DNA from: Macrostomum hystrix | Lineage: Eukaryota; Animalia; Platyhelminthes | Reading direction: 5' to 3' | Assembly (NCBI GenBank): GCA_950097015.1 | Contig: CATNEN010000038.1 | Coordinates: 35,278,001-35,342,000, forward strand | DNA length: 64,000 bases | Shown: positions 60,101 to 64,000 of the stretch, piece by piece | Position numbering within the stretch: the first letter of the stretch is position 1 | Layout: each line of letters opens with the position of its first letter | Program-made: the position numbers and the translations under genes | The notes under the pieces: generated by a model | Database searches by the model: none | What the model saw: only the letters and a program-made list of their open reading frames with translations | Told to the model about the DNA's origin: nothing

Positions 60101-63100
60101 AATCTCATTCCAGTAGCTTGGCAGTCCTGAAGAATCTCAGTCCAGTAGCTTTGCAGTCCTGTAGAATCTCATTCCGGTAGCTTTGCAGTCCTGAAGAATC
60201 TTAGTCTGGTAGCTTTGCAGTCCTGAAGAATGTCAGTCCATTAATTGGCTTTGCAGTCCTTAAGAATCTCAGTCCAGTAGCTTTGCAGTTCTGAAGAATC
60301 TCAGTCCAGTAGCTTTGCAGTCCTGAAGAATCTCAGTCCAGTAGCTTTGCAGTCCTAAAGAATGTCAGTCCAGTAGCTTTGTAGCCCTAAAGAATTTCAG
60401 TCCGGTAGCTTTGCAGCTCTAAAGAATCTCAGTCCAGTAGCTTTGCAGTCCTCAAGAATCTCATTCCAGTAGCTTTGCAGTCCTTAAGAATCTCAGTCCA
60501 GTAGCTTTGCAGTCCTGAAGAATCTCATTCCAGTAGCTTTGCAGTCCTTAAGAATCTCATTCCAGTAGCTTTGCAGTCCTGAAGAATCTCATTCCAGTAG
60601 CTTTGCAGTCCTGAAGAATCCCAGTCCAGTAGATTTGCAGTCCTGTAGAATCTCAGTCCAGTAGGTTTGCAGTCCTGAAGAATCCCAGTCCAGTAGCTTT
60701 GCAGTCCTGTAGAATCTCAGTCCAGTAGCTTTGCAGTCCTGAAAAATCCCAGTCCAGTAGCTTTCCAGTCCTGAAGAATCTCAGTCCAGTAGCTTTGCAG
60801 TCCTGAAGAATCTCAGTCCAGTAGCTTTCCAGTCCTGAAGAATCTCGGTCCAGTAACTTTGCAGTCCTAAAGAATCTCAGTCCAGTAGCTTTGCAGTCCT
60901 GAAGAATCCCAATCCAGTAGCTTTGCAGTCCTGTAGAATCTCAGTCCAGTAGCTTTGCAGTCCTGAAGAATCCCAGTCCAGTAGCTTTGCAGTCCTGAAG
61001 AATCTCAGTCCTGTAGCTTTGCAGTCCTGAAGAATTTAGTCCAGTAGCTTTGCAGTTCTGAAGAATCTCAGTCCAGTAGCTTTGCAGTCCTGAAGAATCT
61101 CATTCCAGTAGCTTTGCAGTCCTGAAGAATCCCAGTCCAGTAGATTTGCAGTCCTGTAGAATCTCAGTCCAGTAGGTTTGCAGTCCTGAAGAATCCCAGT
61201 CCAGTAGCTTTGCAGTCCTGTAGAATCTCAGTCCAGTAGCTTTGCAGTCCTGAAAAATCCCAGTCCAGTAGCTTTGCAGTCCTAAAGAATCTCAGTCCAG
61301 TAGCTTTGCAATCCCGAAGAATCTCATTCCAGTAGCTTGGCAGTCCTGAAGAATCTCAGTCCAGTAGCTTTGCAGTCCTGTAGAATCTCATTCCGGTAGC
61401 TTTGCAGTCCTGAAGAATCTCAGTCTGGTAGCTTTGCAGTCCTGAAGAATGTCAGTCCATTAATTGGCTTTGCAGTCCTTAAGAATCTCAGTCCAGTAGC
61501 TTTGCAGTCCTGAAGAATCTCAATCCAGTAGCTTTGCAGTCCTGAAGAATCTCATTCCAGTAGCTTTGCAGTACTTAAGAATCTCGGTCCAGTAACTTTG
61601 CAGTCCTGAAGAATCTCATTCCAGTAGCTTTGCAGTCCTGAAGAATCCCAGTCCAGTAGCTTTGCAGTCCTGTAGAATCTCAGTCCAGTAGCTTTGCAGT
61701 CCTGAAGAATCTCAGTCCAGTAGCTTTGCAGTCCTGAAGAATCTCAGTCCAGTAGCTTTGCAGTCCTGAAGAATCCCAATCCAGTAGCTTTGCAGTCCTG
61801 AAGAATCTCAGTCCAGTAGCTTTGCAGTCCTGAAGAATCCCAGTCCAGTAGCTTTGCAGTCCTGAAGAATCTCAGTCCTGTAGCTTTGCAGTCCTGAAGA
61901 ATTTAGTCCAGTAGCTTTGCAGTTCTGAAGAATCTCAGTCCAGTAGCTTTGCAGTCCTGAAGAATCTCATTCCAGTAGCTTTGCAGTCCTGAAGAATCTC
62001 AGTCCAGTAGCTTTGCAGTCCTGAAGAATCTCAGTCCTGTAGCTTTGCAGTCCTGAAGAATTTAGTCCAGTAGCTTTGCAGTTCTGAAGAATCTCAGTCC
62101 AGTAGCTTTGCAGTCCTGAAGAATCTCAGTCCAGTAGCTTTGCAGTCCTGAAGAATATCAGTCCAGTAGCTTTGCAGTCCTAAAGAATCTCAGTCCAGTA
62201 GCTTTGCAGTCCTCAAGAATCTCAGTCCAGTAGCTTTGCAGTCCTGAAGAATCTCAGTCCAGTAGCTTTGCAGTCCTGAAGAATCTCAGTCCAGTAGCTT
62301 TGCAGTCCTTAAGAATCTCAGTCCAGTAGCTTTGCAGTCCTCAAGAATTTCAGTCCAGTAGCTTTGCAGTCCTGAAGAATCCCAGTCCAGTAGCTTTGCA
62401 GTCGTGAAGAATCTCAGTCCAGTAGCTTTGCAGTCCTGAAGAATCTCTGTCCAGTACCTTTGCAGTCCTGTAGAATTTCAGTCAAGTAGCTTTGCAGTCC
62501 TCAAGAATCATAGTCCGGTAGCTTTGCAGTCCTGAAGAATCTCTGTCCAGTAGCTTTGCAGTCCTGAAGAATTTCAGTCCAGTAGGTTTGCAGTCCTGAA
62601 GAATCCCAGTCCAGTAGCTTTGCAGTCCTGAAGAATCTCAGTCCAGTAGGTTTGCAGTCCTGAAGAGTCTCAGTCCAGTAGGTTTGCAGCCTTAAAGAGT
62701 TTAAGTCCAGTAGCTTTGCAGTCCTGAAGAATCTCACTCCAGTAGCTTTGCAATCCCGAAGAATCTCAGTCCAGTAGCTTTGCAGTTCTGAAGAATCTCA
62801 GTCCAGTAGCTTTGCAGTCTAGAAGAATCTCAGTCTAGTAGCTTTGCAGTCCTGAAGAATCTCAGTCCAGTAGCTTTGCAGTCCTGAAGAATCTCATTCC
62901 AGTAGCTTTGCAGTCCTTAAGAATCTCATTCCAGTAGCTTTGCAGTCCTGAAGAATCTCATTCCAGTAGCTTTGCAGTCCTGAAGAATCCCAGTCCAGTA
63001 GCTTTGCAGTCCTGAAGAATCCCAATCCAGTAGCTTTGCAGTCCTGTAGAATCTCAGTCCAGTAGCTTTGCAGTCCTGAAGAATCTCAGTCCAGTAGCTT

Positions 63101-64000
63101 TGCAGTCCTGAAGAATCTCAGTCCTGTAGCTTTGCAGTCCTGAAGAATTTAGTCCAGTAGCTTTGCAGTTCTGAAGAATCTCAGTCCAGTAGCTTTGCAG
63201 TCCTGAAGAATCTCAGTCCAGTAGCTTTGCAGTCCTGAAGAATCTCAGTCCAGTAGCTTTGCAGTCCTAAAGAATCTCAGTCCAGTAGCTTTGCAGTCCT
63301 CAAGAATCTCAGTCCAGTAGCTTTGCAGTCCTGAAGAATCTCATTCCAGTAGCTTTGCAGTCCTGAAAAATCCCAGTCCAGTAGATTTGCAGTCCTGTAG
63401 AATCTCAGTCCAGTAGGTTTGCAGTCCTGAAGAATCCCAGTCCAGTAGCTTTGCAGTCCTGTAGAATCTCAGTCCAGTAGCTTTGCAGTCCTGAAAAATC
63501 CCAGTCCAGTAGCTTTCCAGTCCTGAAGAATCTCAGTCCAGTAGCTTTGCAGTCCTGAAGAATCTCAGTCCAGTAGCTTTCCAGTCCTGAAGAATCTCGG
63601 TCCAGTAACTTTGCAGTCCTAAAGAATCTCAGTCCAGTAGCTTTGCAGTCCTGAAGAATCCCAATCCAGTAGCTTTGCAGTCCTGTAGAATCTCAGTCCA
63701 GTAGCTTTGCAGTCCTGAAGAATCCCAGTCCAGTAGCTTTGCAGTCCTGAAGAATCTCAGTCCTGTAGCTTTGCAGTCCTGAAGAATTTAGTCCAGTAGC
63801 TTTGCAGTTCTGAAGAATCTCAGTCCAGTAGCTTTGCAGTCCTGAAGAATCTCATTCCAGTAGCTTTGCAGTCCTGAAGAATCCCAGTCCAGTAGATTTG
63901 CAGTCCTGTAGAATCTCAGTCCAGTAGGTTTGCAGTCCTGAAGAATCCCAGTCCAGTAGCTTTGCAGTCCTGTAGAATCTCAGTCCAGTAGCTTTGCAGT
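48107..64000. repeat. Giant 32-bp satellite array (more than 15.9 kb, about 500 copies) in presumed intron 2 of gene D
   Basis: Continuous AATCTCAGTCCAGTAGCTTTGCAGTCCTGAAG units to the window end, with recurring blocks of variant units. Confidence 0.98.

Noticed and set aside
48107-64000. 32-bp repeats as a CRISPR array or coding repeat
   Set aside because: There are no unique spacers and no cas genes, the context is eukaryotic, the unit length is not a multiple of 3 and stops recur.

Overview
This is eukaryotic, repeat-rich animal DNA. An invertebrate, possibly a flatworm such as Macrostomum, is my inference only. The first 11 kb hold an intronless class A GPCR (681-1709), a two-exon divergent UFD1-like gene (minus, 8656-6656) and a two-exon secreted WSC + PAN/apple-like protein gene (9546-10863), with minisatellites, a tRNA-derived SINE family and MITEs between them. 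The main result is not assembled in the ORF track: a cluster of at least five 3-exon genes plus one remnant, encoding very small, probably GPI-anchored Ly6/uPAR (three-finger) proteins (E 17729-15992, A 22206-19633, B 34270-32610, C 36787-41599, and D from 47817 running off the window). Their mature domains have only 8 Cys and appear to lack the canonical C4-C6 pair. In A-D the mature domain is hypervariable while signal peptides, tails and introns are nearly identical. Intron 2 of each of A-D carries a 32-bp satellite in the same relative orientation, expanded to more than 15.9 kb in D. B and C form a head-to-head inverted duplication with a decayed Crypton (tyrosine recombinase) element inserted upstream of C. 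Decayed Gypsy, LOA/R1-like and RTE-like retroelements, a 9-bp-TSD MITE and a possible EnSpm relic are interspersed.
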